Shown: positions 31,001-40,785 of the stretch, piece by piece
Position numbering within the stretch: the stretch's first letter is position 1
How the letters are laid out: every line of letters begins with the position of its first letter
Virus record (IMG/VR): IMGVR_UViG_3300010162_000393
Coordinates: 32,001 to 96,000 of that record
DNA length: 64,000 nt
Source: a virus
Lineage: Duplodnaviria; Caudoviricetes
Strand: one strand, 5' to 3'
Notes under the pieces: model-generated
What the model was told of the DNA's origin: nothing
What the model saw: the letters and a program-made list of their open reading frames with translations, nothing else
Databases searched by the model: none
Position numbers and translations under genes: made by a program

Positions 31001-34000
31001 CCTTATTAACTAATGAATTTATTCTTCTAAATGGAAATCAACAAGGTACTAATAATACTTCATGGCAGAACTATAATTATGTGACACCAATAATGCAAAA
31101 GGAGATGCGCCTTATATTTGGTTGGAGAAAAAATAGTGGTTTAACTAGTAATTATACAGCAGCAATAGATAATGTTCGTATCAAAACAAATATCGGAGCA
31201 GATATTTTTGAAGATTTTGAAAATGGAAACGGTGATAGATTAGATGGTTGGGAAATTGTAAACGGTGGGTTTATGATGAATTTGAAAAAAATTACTATAG
31301 TAGATGGTGATAACCCTTTAACACTTAATAATATATTTCCGAATACAGTTGAAGAAGTATATATAGGTAGAAATATATATAATTCTTCAGCATCACCTTT
31401 TGGTGTCGGCGTTAAAAAAGTTACTATAAATAATAATGTTGCTGTACTTGGTGATTCTCTTTTTTCTAATTGTGTTAATTTATCTGAAATCACTCTTCCT
31501 AATTCACTTATATTAATTAATAGTTATACATTTAGCGGTTGTACTTCTTTATCTAGTATTATTATACCTAATTTAGTTGAGTATATTAATCCTAGTGCAT
31601 TCCAAAATTGTACTTCTTTATCTAGTGTTACCATTGGAAATTCGGTAAAAACTATTAGTACTTCTGCTTTTAGCGGTTGTACTTCTTTATCTAGTGTTAC
31701 CATTGGAAATTCGGTAGAAACTATTGGTACTTCTGCTTTTAGCGGTTGTACTTATTTATTTAGTGTTATCATTCCAAATTCGGTAGAAACTATTGGTACT
31801 TCTGCTTTTAGCGGTTGTACTTCTTTATCTAGTGTTACCATTGGAAATTCAGTAAAAACTATTAGTGCTTCTGCTTTTAACAATTGTAATAGTTTAGTAG
31901 AAATAACAATCCCTAGTTCCGTTTTATTAATTGAAAATAATTGTTTTAACGGGTGTACTAATTTGAAAAAACTAACTATAGATGGTACTAATAGCAGTGA
32001 TTTGGTGTTGAATAGTGTTGGTAGTACTGTTAATAACTCACCGTTTCCTAATAGCATACAAGAGGTATATGTAAATAGAAATATATCTCGTAGCAATGGT
32101 ATGTGGGCATTGTTTGGTATAAATGTGGTGAAATGTGTTGTTGATGTAGATGTTACATATATTGAAAATTATGCTTTTAATCGTTGCACTTTGTTAAAAG
32201 AATTGACTATACCATTGACTTTATCAAGAGTTAAAGAACATGCATTTAATAGTTGTATTTTATTAGAAAATATAGAAATACCAACTTCTATTGATGAAAT
32301 TGAAAATAGTGTTTTTTATAATTGTGTTAGTTTTACTTCGGTGATAATACCAACAAATATTAAAAAAATTGGTGTAAATTCCTTTAATAGTTGTAGGGGG
32401 TTAGTTTCAATAACGATACCTAATTCTGTTATAGAAATTGGTGAGGGTGCATTTAGTGCTTGTAATAGTTTACCTGAAATAACTATACCAAATTCAATTA
32501 CTTCAATTAGTAACGGTGTGTTACAATCATGTAAAAGTTTGAAAAAAGTTAATCTCCCAAATACAATTGTGTCAATTGGGAATTATGCTTTTTATGATTG
32601 TATTGTTTTAGATGATATAACAATACCATCTTTAGTTACATCTATTGGTGTTGGTGGATTTGGAAATTGTTATAATTTACCTTCACCAACCCTTCCAAAT
32701 ATTTTGGAAATAAATGACCACACTTTTCAAAATTGCGGTACTTTTACAAACATAACAATTCCAAATTCAGTAACGAGAATTGGTGTAAGTGCTTTTTTTG
32801 GTTGTAGTAAATTGGTTAGTGTAAACATAGGTAGTTTTGTAACAACAATCGAAGACAATGCTTTTTGGCAATGTATTTTTTTACCATCAATAACTATACC
32901 GAATTCGGTTAAAACAATTGGGGAGAATGTGTTTCTTGGTTGTTATAGTTTAACTTCTGTAACTATTCCAACATCTGTTATATCAATAGGTAGAAGTTGT
33001 TTTCAGGGGTGTTTAGCATTACCTTCAATTCAAATACCGAACTCAATTACTGTTCTTGAAGACAATCTTTTTCTTGGATGTACTAATTTAACCGTAGTAA
33101 ATTTACCTAACTCAATTTTAACGATTAAAGATTGTGTATTTAAAAATTGTGTTAAATTACCATCAATAGTAATCCCAAATTCTGTTATTACAATTGAAAG
33201 TAGTGTTTTTGAAAATTGTACAAGTTTAATTAGTGTTACGATTGGCACTTCTGTTGTAAAAATAGGTCATAACTGTTTTTTCAGATGTACTGCTTTGCCA
33301 TCAATTGTTTTTCCTAATTCTGTAACAACAATAGGACAATATTGTTTTTTTGAATGCGCATCTTTAACTTCGGTTACATTACCAAATACCCTTAAAGTGG
33401 TTGGTATGAAATCGTTTTATAATTGCACAGGATTACTTTCGATAACTTTCCCGAATACGGTTGAAATAATTGAAGAAGCTGCTTTCCAATTATGTTCAAA
33501 ATTGGAAGAAATAACAATACCAGATTCTGTTATTACTATTAGCGCACATGCTTTCAGAGTATGTACTAATGTAACCACATTGAGTCTTGGAAATTCAGTT
33601 GAAACTATTGGAGAATATGCTTTCCAAGGATGTAATAAAATAAATGGAATTACTATACCAAACTCTGTTATAACTATTAGAGAATACGCGTTCCAAGGAT
33701 GTACCGGAGTAACCTCCTTGTCTATAGGAAATTCAGTTGAAACTATTGGAGAATATACTTTCCACAATTGTAGAATGGTAAGTATAACAATTCCTTCATC
33801 AACTACAAGTATTGGGAGAAACGCTTTCCAAGGATGTAGTTCTGCGATCACTTTGGTTATTAATAACGGTCTTACTTTGATTAATACAGAATGTTTCAGT
33901 GGTTGTAGCGGATTAACTTCAGTATCTATACCAAATTCAATTACAACGATTGGAAATTATGCTTTTGCTACCACTTCCGCTTTAAGTACGATAACATTAC

Positions 34001-34728
34001 CAAATTCAATTACGGCGATTGGAAGTTATGCTTTTACAAATAGCGGATTAACTTCAGTAACAATACCGAGTAATAGTACCTTGAAAATAATATCTTCATA
34101 TTGTTTCAGTAGTTGTACTAAATTAACTTTAGTGACAATACCGGATACAATTACAACGATTGGAACTGGTGCTTTTACGAGTACTACCACTTTAAGTGCA
34201 ATAACATTACCAGATTCTATTACAAGGATTGAACCTTACGCATTTCAAAATAGCGGATTAGTTAGTATTGATCTTGGAGATTCGCTTACAACCATTGAGT
34301 ATGGTGCATTCCAGAATTGTACTAAATTAGAAAATATAATTCTACCAGAATCTTTAACAACATTAAGTTGGGATTATAATAATGACTGGGCGACTTATGG
34401 TGTTTTTAATAATTGTACTAGTTTGAAAAACATAAGTATTCCGTCTAAAGTTGTGTATTTACCTTCTAATATATTCCAGAGTTGTGCTGCGTTAGAAGCA
34501 GTGACACTTCCGGTTGGGTTATTGAGAATTTGGACGAGAGCATTTAGTGGTTGTACTGCTTTAAAGAATTTTTATAATTATTCAACACTTCCTCAAACAC
34601 TTGATGCAAATGTTATGGTTAATGTACCTGTTTCTACCTGTGTATTACATGTACCTGAAGGAAGGATTACAACATATCAATCATATGATATTTGGAAGGA
34701 CTTTACGAATATTGTTGAAATAGTCTAA
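28042..34728 (+). CDS. BspA-type (LRR_5) leucine-rich repeat protein with two inserted adhesin-like domains and a three-repeat helical N-terminus
   Basis: Dozens of 23-aa I-P-N-S-V-T-x-I-G-x-x-A-F-x-x-C repeats; two VP...Y...WKDF caps. Confidence 0.9.
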   Translation: MIKQDLIEFIETRVFQNTDNTIRAQAVQEALYEIVKNVCGKAKSREPYLITKINEYIYPNLTSDITDIVLQDILVLMVDELWFHEDSKNDLITYIQENVVAEITGDILSVVLVKMVNDLWYDPAEFCSCEIPLAAGTVGDNISWKICSTYKALCLEGAGDMLNLEHGQYGWESYNNDIKIVVIDNGITSIGNSAFSFNTNLIDVVIGNSVRIIGEKVFQGCNKLPLIIFPNSVTSLGQYIFDGCSELSMIEMSGSIRFIGDSAFRNCINLSEITLPNSVTTIESFAFKGCINLSEITLPNSVTTIEDGVFDGCSGLLDVYMGFSTTKIGDFAFNNCINLSKIIIPDFVTYIGTSSFQNCANLIEVIIPFLTEVIGEYAFMGCGKLTRLTIGDSVTTIANNAFSGCVNVERIANYAMVPQIININVFDGINKNTCLLLVPGEAFDLYKETDVWKDFINIEKFDVEEEFCTCNNPIVENILGSQSNKWWIGTSTANGGTKSCYISDNNSTNTYNSTTSISHFYRDVEINSTTTNQAVLSFDWKCAGWSSSNGYLSVRVIETTETPIPGVFPSGTSIVGNLWNNRSTWLNRVVNLGNMSGVKRIVFTWYNTSGVDNPPAAVDNIIIKTNVGPDIVEDFESGDGTTLDNWVINGETGPKWKICPNNTLCITGNGIIPNIPNGTLWKSTSNSAIIQRIVIGKNITSIAANAFENLKNVMSVSIGNSVTVIGNYAFSGCDNLNDVNIGNSVINISQYAFQNCFNLQRIIIPNLVITIDNYAFSGCSSLMNVIIGNSVASIGNYAFSGCSNLPRVVIPNSVITIGNYAFSNCRKLTEITIPDSVTSIGSNTFSYCTSLTNAIIGNSVTSIGNLVFEACRDLTEITIGSSVSSIASNAFSGGSNLISNRWHVGTAINNGGNKSCYISNNNKDNTTSGISSSGMVYFYRDININSTEQNRATISFDWMCVGPNWGIDFDALRVYLVDTNITPVANTLLTNEFILLNGNQQGTNNTSWQNYNYVTPIMQKEMRLIFGWRKNSGLTSNYTAAIDNVRIKTNIGADIFEDFENGNGDRLDGWEIVNGGFMMNLKKITIVDGDNPLTLNNIFPNTVEEVYIGRNIYNSSASPFGVGVKKVTINNNVAVLGDSLFSNCVNLSEITLPNSLILINSYTFSGCTSLSSIIIPNLVEYINPSAFQNCTSLSSVTIGNSVKTISTSAFSGCTSLSSVTIGNSVETIGTSAFSGCTYLFSVIIPNSVETIGTSAFSGCTSLSSVTIGNSVKTISASAFNNCNSLVEITIPSSVLLIENNCFNGCTNLKKLTIDGTNSSDLVLNSVGSTVNNSPFPNSIQEVYVNRNISRSNGMWALFGINVVKCVVDVDVTYIENYAFNRCTLLKELTIPLTLSRVKEHAFNSCILLENIEIPTSIDEIENSVFYNCVSFTSVIIPTNIKKIGVNSFNSCRGLVSITIPNSVIEIGEGAFSACNSLPEITIPNSITSISNGVLQSCKSLKKVNLPNTIVSIGNYAFYDCIVLDDITIPSLVTSIGVGGFGNCYNLPSPTLPNILEINDHTFQNCGTFTNITIPNSVTRIGVSAFFGCSKLVSVNIGSFVTTIEDNAFWQCIFLPSITIPNSVKTIGENVFLGCYSLTSVTIPTSVISIGRSCFQGCLALPSIQIPNSITVLEDNLFLGCTNLTVVNLPNSILTIKDCVFKNCVKLPSIVIPNSVITIESSVFENCTSLISVTIGTSVVKIGHNCFFRCTALPSIVFPNSVTTIGQYCFFECASLTSVTLPNTLKVVGMKSFYNCTGLLSITFPNTVEIIEEAAFQLCSKLEEITIPDSVITISAHAFRVCTNVTTLSLGNSVETIGEYAFQGCNKINGITIPNSVITIREYAFQGCTGVTSLSIGNSVETIGEYTFHNCRMVSITIPSSTTSIGRNAFQGCSSAITLVINNGLTLINTECFSGCSGLTSVSIPNSITTIGNYAFATTSALSTITLPNSITAIGSYAFTNSGLTSVTIPSNSTLKIISSYCFSSCTKLTLVTIPDTITTIGTGAFTSTTTLSAITLPDSITRIEPYAFQNSGLVSIDLGDSLTTIEYGAFQNCTKLENIILPESLTTLSWDYNNDWATYGVFNNCTSLKNISIPSKVVYLPSNIFQSCAALEAVTLPVGLLRIWTRAFSGCTALKNFYNYSTLPQTLDANVMVNVPVSTCVLHVPEGRITTYQSYDIWKDFTNIVEIV
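31528..31880 (+). repeat. Near-perfect 69-nt tandem repeats within the BspA LRR
   Basis: Repeated tttagcggttgtacttctttatctagtgttaccattggaaattcggta. Confidence 0.8.
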
Positions 34729-34742
34729 AATACCATTCCAAT

Positions 34743-34772
34743 AAAATCCCCATTACATTCAATGGGGATTTT
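34743..34772. terminator. Bidirectional intrinsic terminator
   Basis: aaaatccccatt-acattc-aatggggatttt perfect stem between convergent genes. Confidence 0.85.
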
Positions 34773-34776
34773 TGTT

Positions 34777-34923
34777 TTATGGATATTCTGGGTTATCGTG
34801 ATATAAGAGGAATGTAAAAATACACTCATCGCAACCCCAACCGAAGTCATCATACCAAAAACCAACCTTTGCTCCACAATCACTGCAATGGCGTTGAAAA
34901 AATAGTTTTATTTTTTTCCACAT
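34777..34923 (-). CDS. Small zinc-ribbon protein (48 aa)
   Basis: Manual translation MWKKIKLFFQRHCSDCGAKVGFWYDDFGWGCDECIFTFLLYHDNPEYP; own promoter-like motif at 34951-34959 and terminator downstream. Confidence 0.6.
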   Translation of the reverse strand: MWKKIKLFFQRHCSDCGAKVGFWYDDFGWGCDECIFTFLLYHDNPEYP

Positions 34924-34959
34924 AATTAAAAATTTTATTTTTGGTTTTAGTAAATATAC

Positions 34960-34994
34960 AAAAAACCCCGAAAAATTAAAATTTCGAGGTTTTT
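34960..34994 (-). terminator. Intrinsic terminator after tail sheath
   Basis: Minus-strand stem aaaaacctcgaaa...tttcggggttttt followed by a T-run. Confidence 0.7.
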
Positions 34995-35016
34995 ATTGTT
35001 ATTATAATAGTATTTG

Positions 35017-38000
35017 TTATACCATTTCCATGCCCTGTTGGGTTATAACCCATTCTATCTCAATGTATTCCAACATACTATTAGGTTTAATCCATATTTT
35101 TGCCGGTAGAGTTCTATTTTCACGAGCTTCAACTGAATTATCAACTTCAATACGATAGTCGCTGATACCTCTATTTGTACGAACATCGTTTAGAATTGTA
35201 CTAGTATTCGACTTGAATTTATTGGCAGTTGTCATATCATTTGGAGTGAATAACAATCCTCTGTTAGCGTGTTCTACCAGTTCTTTCATTCTAATCATCA
35301 TACGTCTTACACCAATTCTTGTCAATGGTTCTCTGTCGCCGTCGTAAGAAACCTTAAGATTCTTTTGTCCCCAAGAATAAACTCCCTGTTTGGAGAATTT
35401 AACGACTGGGTTGATACGACTTGCTGTAAGAGCATCAGTTTCTTCCATTTTCAGGATTTTACGTGGTCCAATACAATCAATTTGACCGTTGTTAATACCT
35501 GCGGCAGGATACCATGAATATGAGGTGTTATCAATTTGTGTCATTAATTTGATAATATCCTTTGTGATTGGTAAGAAAATTGCTTTATTTTCCGCCATAT
35601 CGTAGTATTGACACCATGGATAGTATGTTGCGGTATAAGAAGAGTCGGTTTCCGCTACTTCCAGATTACCTACAACATCAAGTGCTGAATACATATTTGC
35701 AGGATTATCGTTTGCACCAGAAGGTTTGTCTGGGGTTGTTACAATGTAAATTGTTTTTTGATTGTAATCCCTTTCAACAACGTCTAATGCTTCTTTGTAT
35801 AACAAAGTATCATTTACGTAGTCAATACCAGGTGTTGCGAAAACGTTTATTGGGGTTGCAAATGGGTTTGCCATTGTTTCATATCCTGCCCAGAAAGCAT
35901 AGAAGTCTGAAGTTATTCCTCCGGCAGGTATTCCGTAATCGTCGTGTAAAACACTAAATCTTGAACCGGCACCGGATACACCAGATATTCTTCCTCTGTA
36001 TTTGTTTCTCTTGAAATTATCAGAAGTTGTTCTTATTGTTCTGTAAGGATCCCAACCATCATAACCGCCGTAGAAACATACCGTAAATTTACGCATATTC
36101 ATATCTTCATATATAGTTCCCAATACATCTTCGGCAGTTGAAATCATAGGTGGTTCATCTTCGCTACCTTTCATTTCCAGAGGCGGAGTTTGCCACGTAA
36201 ATACACCTTTTGTATGAAGATCGGCGTTTGTACCTGTGCAATCTACATTCGGGTTTTCACCATCAACAATGGTATTACAATTAGATATTCTTGAATCTAA
36301 GTGGAAACCGTCTGTATAATATCCGTCCGTATATGCGCTTCTACCTTTGTATGAGAAAATATCAGTATCAATACCAGTTAAATCAGATAATCCGAAATAT
36401 TGGCGTTTTGGTTTCATTCCTTCATAAACTTGTGTGTTGTATGCTAATTGCGGTTTTTGAACATTTGAACCCAAATATCTTACAGGATAACCCAAAAATC
36501 CACAAGGAATAGCGTATTTGATAGTATCGTTATCAGCAACTTCAACCATAATAAATGAAGACCTCTGAATAGTACTTCCGTTTACATCACCAATTCTGTT
36601 TAGAATATATCCAGAACTTGCTGGATTAAGATTACAAGATTTAAATATTTCCAACGGTTTTGCTGAACCATCATTGTCATAGAAATCACGAACAACAACA
36701 TCAAAATTTAAGGTAGCAGGATTAATATTCTGTATACTTATCTTGTAAAGTGTGTTTGCGTTGGTTCCATCTGATATGGTAAAAAATCTGAACAACTTTT
36801 TAACCTCATTTATCGAGAAGTTACCCATCATTTGAGAAACAACCCAAGGTGTTACCGGTGTTCTATATGGTTCCATATAATCCGAAATATTACCGATTAC
36901 TCTTTGGATGACATTTATATCGTTTCCTATTTTTACCTCATACTCTTCACCGGGTATAAAACCGCTACCAGGATTAATTATATTTATTTCAACAACACTT
37001 TCTTCTTTAATAACCGCTTCTGCTATTGCTGGTGTTCCGTTTTCAGGGTGTTCTACAAAAACATACGGTTTAGATTTATAACCAGAACCACCATGATTTG
37101 TTATTTTTATTTCTTTTATTGATGCCCCAACTGTGTATGATAACTCTGCTTTATTATCACCTGTATGATTATCATCTACAAGATGATATTTGACTCCGTT
37201 AATAAATATTACTTTATCTTCATCTGGTTCTTCAGTTTCTTCAACCTCTTCACCAATAAACATAATATCTATATTTTCTACTAATTGATAACCACTTCCT
37301 CCGTTACGAACTGAAATCTTTATAATTTTTCCATCATCATCAACTATTATATCACCAGCAGCTGCTTGTTTATCGGTATCCTCACCTAATGTTGGACCAC
37401 TAATTTTAATAAATATTTTGTCAGAATCATATCCCAAACCACCCTTTTCAACAAGTATTTCCATTACAACACCAGGTGTAAGTTCTACTTCTGCTTTTGC
37501 AATGTCATTGGTACCACCAGATAAATCAACTATTTCATAAAATAGATTTTCATTGATAACAAAAACGGAACTTTCTGTTTCTCCGGTAATTTTATCGGTA
37601 GGTGTATTTACTAATTGTTCGCCTAACCAATGATAATTATAATCCATTCCACCACCGGGGTTTAATGTTCTCCTGACAACAAAAATTTTTCCATTATCTT
37701 CTTTAGGGTCAATTATTTGTGAATGTTCTATTGTTTCACCTCTGAAAAAGTCGGTTATAATAGATTCTTCTTTTGTATACAAATACCTTTCACCATTATT
37801 ATTAGCATCCAAACTATGATTTGGTATTGTTAAAATTCCATTAACCGGTCTAAATTTTGGTATAATAGTTTCTTCATAACCTTGCCCAACTAATCCGTTG
37901 TATAAAACTTCCGGTACACCAGCCGGTTGTTTTGCTATCGCCTTTCCTATCAAAATTCCCTCAATATAATTTACCGGGTCCGTTGATTTTTTAACAACTA

Positions 38001-38976
38001 AATTTTGAAGTGCAACATCATACAATTCTTCAATGAAAATAGGTGTTGTTCCTTGCGCTGTCCCACCCAACACATTATAAATGTAATCTGAAGATCCTGG
38101 ATTAAGGGATACTGTATATGCGATATACTTCGGTGATTCGCCTTTTAATTTGCAAACAAGTTTGAATGTCCCAAAATCTATCGGAGTACAGGGTACGCCG
38201 TAAGCATCTGTATTTTCAAATGTTCCTGCCAATCCGCAAGTAAAATTTGCGGCAGTTTCACCGGCGGTTGAGATATAAACCTCATCAACATCCCAGTCGA
38301 ATGTATCGTATTGATAACTGGTTCCACAATAACCATATACTGCCAAATCATCCTCACAAAGATTTGTGAATATACTTATATGTGTTCCAAAAAACTTTTG
38401 ACCAAGTCCATATCTTACACCATTATAAACAACACCACATGTAAGACTATCACTCAATGGTTCATCGCTGGTTTGATCTTTTCTACCAACAACGTATTGT
38501 ACATTTTTTTCAATTTGACCACTTAATACCACATCATCAGAATATTTTGGTAATCCGAGAGTTTCAACATAACGACCTCTTGATCTGATTACACCAACCA
38601 ACATGTTGTGTCCTTCACCTGATCCGATTGCTCTTATAAGCCATGCTTTACCTGCGTTATATCCAGATAAACCGAGTACTCTTGTTACGTATAGTTGTTG
38701 CGATTCTGGTAAATAATCCTGTGCAATGTAAGGAAGTTCATATCGTGGGTATTTTGAACCACTATATTGTTCGGTTGATGTTCCACCAAATACATTTACA
38801 AAGTTTCTCCAATTATCAATAAAAATAGGAGTAAAAGCGGGTCCTTGAAGAGTTTCTCCGACAAGACCTAAACTTGTTATTCCTCCTATACTTTCTCTGG
38901 TTGCTCTCATTTCAGTTTCTTTCTGATAGATACCAGGAGTTGTATGGAATCCTTTTACATTAGTTAACAATGCCAT
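35017..38976 (-). CDS. Contractile tail sheath protein with large insertions
   Basis: N-terminal TPGIY..E, GLVGETLQGPAF, YVTRVLG; C-terminal WYPAAG, RINPV, WGQK, RIGVRR, IKPNSMLEYIEI. Confidence 0.92.
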   Translation of the reverse strand: MALLTNVKGFHTTPGIYQKETEMRATRESIGGITSLGLVGETLQGPAFTPIFIDNWRNFVNVFGGTSTEQYSGSKYPRYELPYIAQDYLPESQQLYVTRVLGLSGYNAGKAWLIRAIGSGEGHNMLVGVIRSRGRYVETLGLPKYSDDVVLSGQIEKNVQYVVGRKDQTSDEPLSDSLTCGVVYNGVRYGLGQKFFGTHISIFTNLCEDDLAVYGYCGTSYQYDTFDWDVDEVYISTAGETAANFTCGLAGTFENTDAYGVPCTPIDFGTFKLVCKLKGESPKYIAYTVSLNPGSSDYIYNVLGGTAQGTTPIFIEELYDVALQNLVVKKSTDPVNYIEGILIGKAIAKQPAGVPEVLYNGLVGQGYEETIIPKFRPVNGILTIPNHSLDANNNGERYLYTKEESIITDFFRGETIEHSQIIDPKEDNGKIFVVRRTLNPGGGMDYNYHWLGEQLVNTPTDKITGETESSVFVINENLFYEIVDLSGGTNDIAKAEVELTPGVVMEILVEKGGLGYDSDKIFIKISGPTLGEDTDKQAAAGDIIVDDDGKIIKISVRNGGSGYQLVENIDIMFIGEEVEETEEPDEDKVIFINGVKYHLVDDNHTGDNKAELSYTVGASIKEIKITNHGGSGYKSKPYVFVEHPENGTPAIAEAVIKEESVVEINIINPGSGFIPGEEYEVKIGNDINVIQRVIGNISDYMEPYRTPVTPWVVSQMMGNFSINEVKKLFRFFTISDGTNANTLYKISIQNINPATLNFDVVVRDFYDNDGSAKPLEIFKSCNLNPASSGYILNRIGDVNGSTIQRSSFIMVEVADNDTIKYAIPCGFLGYPVRYLGSNVQKPQLAYNTQVYEGMKPKRQYFGLSDLTGIDTDIFSYKGRSAYTDGYYTDGFHLDSRISNCNTIVDGENPNVDCTGTNADLHTKGVFTWQTPPLEMKGSEDEPPMISTAEDVLGTIYEDMNMRKFTVCFYGGYDGWDPYRTIRTTSDNFKRNKYRGRISGVSGAGSRFSVLHDDYGIPAGGITSDFYAFWAGYETMANPFATPINVFATPGIDYVNDTLLYKEALDVVERDYNQKTIYIVTTPDKPSGANDNPANMYSALDVVGNLEVAETDSSYTATYYPWCQYYDMAENKAIFLPITKDIIKLMTQIDNTSYSWYPAAGINNGQIDCIGPRKILKMEETDALTASRINPVVKFSKQGVYSWGQKNLKVSYDGDREPLTRIGVRRMMIRMKELVEHANRGLLFTPNDMTTANKFKSNTSTILNDVRTNRGISDYRIEVDNSVEARENRTLPAKIWIKPNSMLEYIEIEWVITQQGMEMV

Positions 38977-39008
38977 TTGCTTTATTTTTTTATTTAAATT
39001 ATTTATAT

Positions 39009-39046
39009 ATAAATAGAGGGAAATTTTTGGTTTAACGTCTATTTAT
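39009..39046. promoter_or_regulatory. Divergent pair of CTATTTAT late motifs (39009-39016 minus; 39039-39046 plus)
   Basis: One motif faces the sheath gene, the other the nuclease gene. Confidence 0.65.
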
Positions 39047-39059
39047 GGAAAATTCTCCT

Positions 39060-39587
39060 ATGAGACAACCATCAAAAATAGCGAATGTACCACAATCTGA
39101 TAAACCGAATAAGAAGAAAAGTGTGAAAACACAGAAACTACCTATAAAGGCGGATATCAAGTTCTGGCTGTATAAAAAGGTTGCAATTTCTAAAAAAGGA
39201 AAAGATTTAGAGCTTGGTGTTACCACATCAAAATTAGAAGTTTTATTTAAAGAACAGTTTCTTGATAGGTTGGGTATAAAGTATATATACCAATGGAAGG
39301 CACCAACTAAAAGAGTATATGATTTTGCAATTTTAACGAAGGATGGTGGAATGATAGATTATCTGATCGAAATACAAGGGACGTTTTATCATGCTGATCC
39401 ACGAGTTTATGACCGTAAAAACTTGAAATATAACAACCAGAAAAGACAGATTATCATTGATGAACAGAAATTGACATGGGCGAACCAAAATGGGTTTGTA
39501 TTACTGCAAATTTTTGAAGATGATATAAAAAATCACCCCAAAAAAGTTTTGAAATTGTTGCGATCAAAAAGTGAGTGCGGAAACTAA
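39060..39587 (+). CDS. DUF559/Vsr-like PD-(D/E)xK endonuclease
   Basis: YDFAI...IEIQGTFYH motif; start moved to ATG 39060 because ATG 39045 overlaps the promoter motif. Confidence 0.65.
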   Translation: MRQPSKIANVPQSDKPNKKKSVKTQKLPIKADIKFWLYKKVAISKKGKDLELGVTTSKLEVLFKEQFLDRLGIKYIYQWKAPTKRVYDFAILTKDGGMIDYLIEIQGTFYHADPRVYDRKNLKYNNQKRQIIIDEQKLTWANQNGFVLLQIFEDDIKNHPKKVLKLLRSKSECGN

Positions 39588-39607
39588 AATGTGATGTAAT
39601 TTTGTTG

Positions 39608-40732
39608 TCATTTCTGTAAATTTTTAATTTTATCATCATAATAACTAACTAACATTGGACTACCATCTATCATTCCCATAAACATAATATGTTTTAGTTT
39701 ATTTCTTTTACAATATGATTGAAGGTAGTTATATAGATCCATAATTATATATTGATGCTCTGATAATATTAGTTCAATATCATTTTCTTTCTTTATAATA
39801 AGGTTTTTATCATACACCATAATTTGTTTACTATCATCATCTAACAGTAAAATATTATTTATAATATGATTAACATCTATTTTATCATCATTACCCATAA
39901 TATTGAACTTTTGTTCGGAATGGTAGGGGTGTTTATCAATGATTATTAACTTGTTAAATTTACTTGTTGATTTAACTTTTGTGTTTATTAGTTTTCCGAG
40001 TTCATTTTTTTCTTTTAATGATATTGTACTATCTTCATTTCGTTCAATAAGTAGAATTTCATTATTTATCTTAACCGCCTTGTCTTTTTTAATAACATAT
40101 TTTTGTGGTAATGTTATTAAAGTATTATCTAATACGAGTTTTTTGAATAATTTAACAGCATCTTTTTTCAAAATGAATTGTTCGATTACTTCTTTCTTTT
40201 TTCTAAATTCAGATAAAACCAAAAGATATTTGTGTTTTAATTTTTCATCAATGAGTTTTTTATTATATTCCTCTATCAGACATTTATATGAACAATATTT
40301 TCCAATGTATCCTATATAATATTCCTTTCTTTTAAATTTCTTGTTGCAGAAAACACATTTATAGGTACGAACTTTACAAAACACCCTTCTTGTTTTAAAT
40401 CTATCCCTATATTTTGGCATTTCTTTTTCTTTCAACCAGTACTTATGTCTGTGTCTTTTTTTCTGTAATCGTTTATGTTCTTTCCAATGATATTCCGACA
40501 TATCATTTGGGAATTTTCGTTCTAATCCGTTTTTATGAGTACCCTTAAACTGAAAGTGGTTCTGAGGTCTTTGCCACAATTCTTTTTTACCTAACAGAAT
40601 ACATACCTTTGAGAATTTATTGATATAATATACCTTAGAATAATCAAACCTATCACCATGTATAGATTTTGCTCTTTTTATAAAAGTGTTTTGCCTTTCT
40701 AAACGATCTGCTTCGGTTACTATTTTTGGCAT
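39608..40732 (-). CDS. Homing-endonuclease-associated DNA-binding protein (Hef/DUF723-like N-terminus, Zn finger)
   Basis: FIKRAKSIHGDRFDYSKVYY repeat type; CVFC...YCSYKC; no clear catalytic motif seen. Confidence 0.45.
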   Translation of the reverse strand: MPKIVTEADRLERQNTFIKRAKSIHGDRFDYSKVYYINKFSKVCILLGKKELWQRPQNHFQFKGTHKNGLERKFPNDMSEYHWKEHKRLQKKRHRHKYWLKEKEMPKYRDRFKTRRVFCKVRTYKCVFCNKKFKRKEYYIGYIGKYCSYKCLIEEYNKKLIDEKLKHKYLLVLSEFRKKKEVIEQFILKKDAVKLFKKLVLDNTLITLPQKYVIKKDKAVKINNEILLIERNEDSTISLKEKNELGKLINTKVKSTSKFNKLIIIDKHPYHSEQKFNIMGNDDKIDVNHIINNILLLDDDSKQIMVYDKNLIIKKENDIELILSEHQYIIMDLYNYLQSYCKRNKLKHIMFMGMIDGSPMLVSYYDDKIKNLQK

Positions 40733-40785
40733 GTTGTTTATTTATGATTGTTTATCCAACACCATTGGATATTTAGATCTATCTA

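Noticed and set aside
35017-38976. Intein in the oversized tail sheath
   Set aside because: No intein splice-junction (C...HN-C/S/T) or LAGLIDADG motifs recognised
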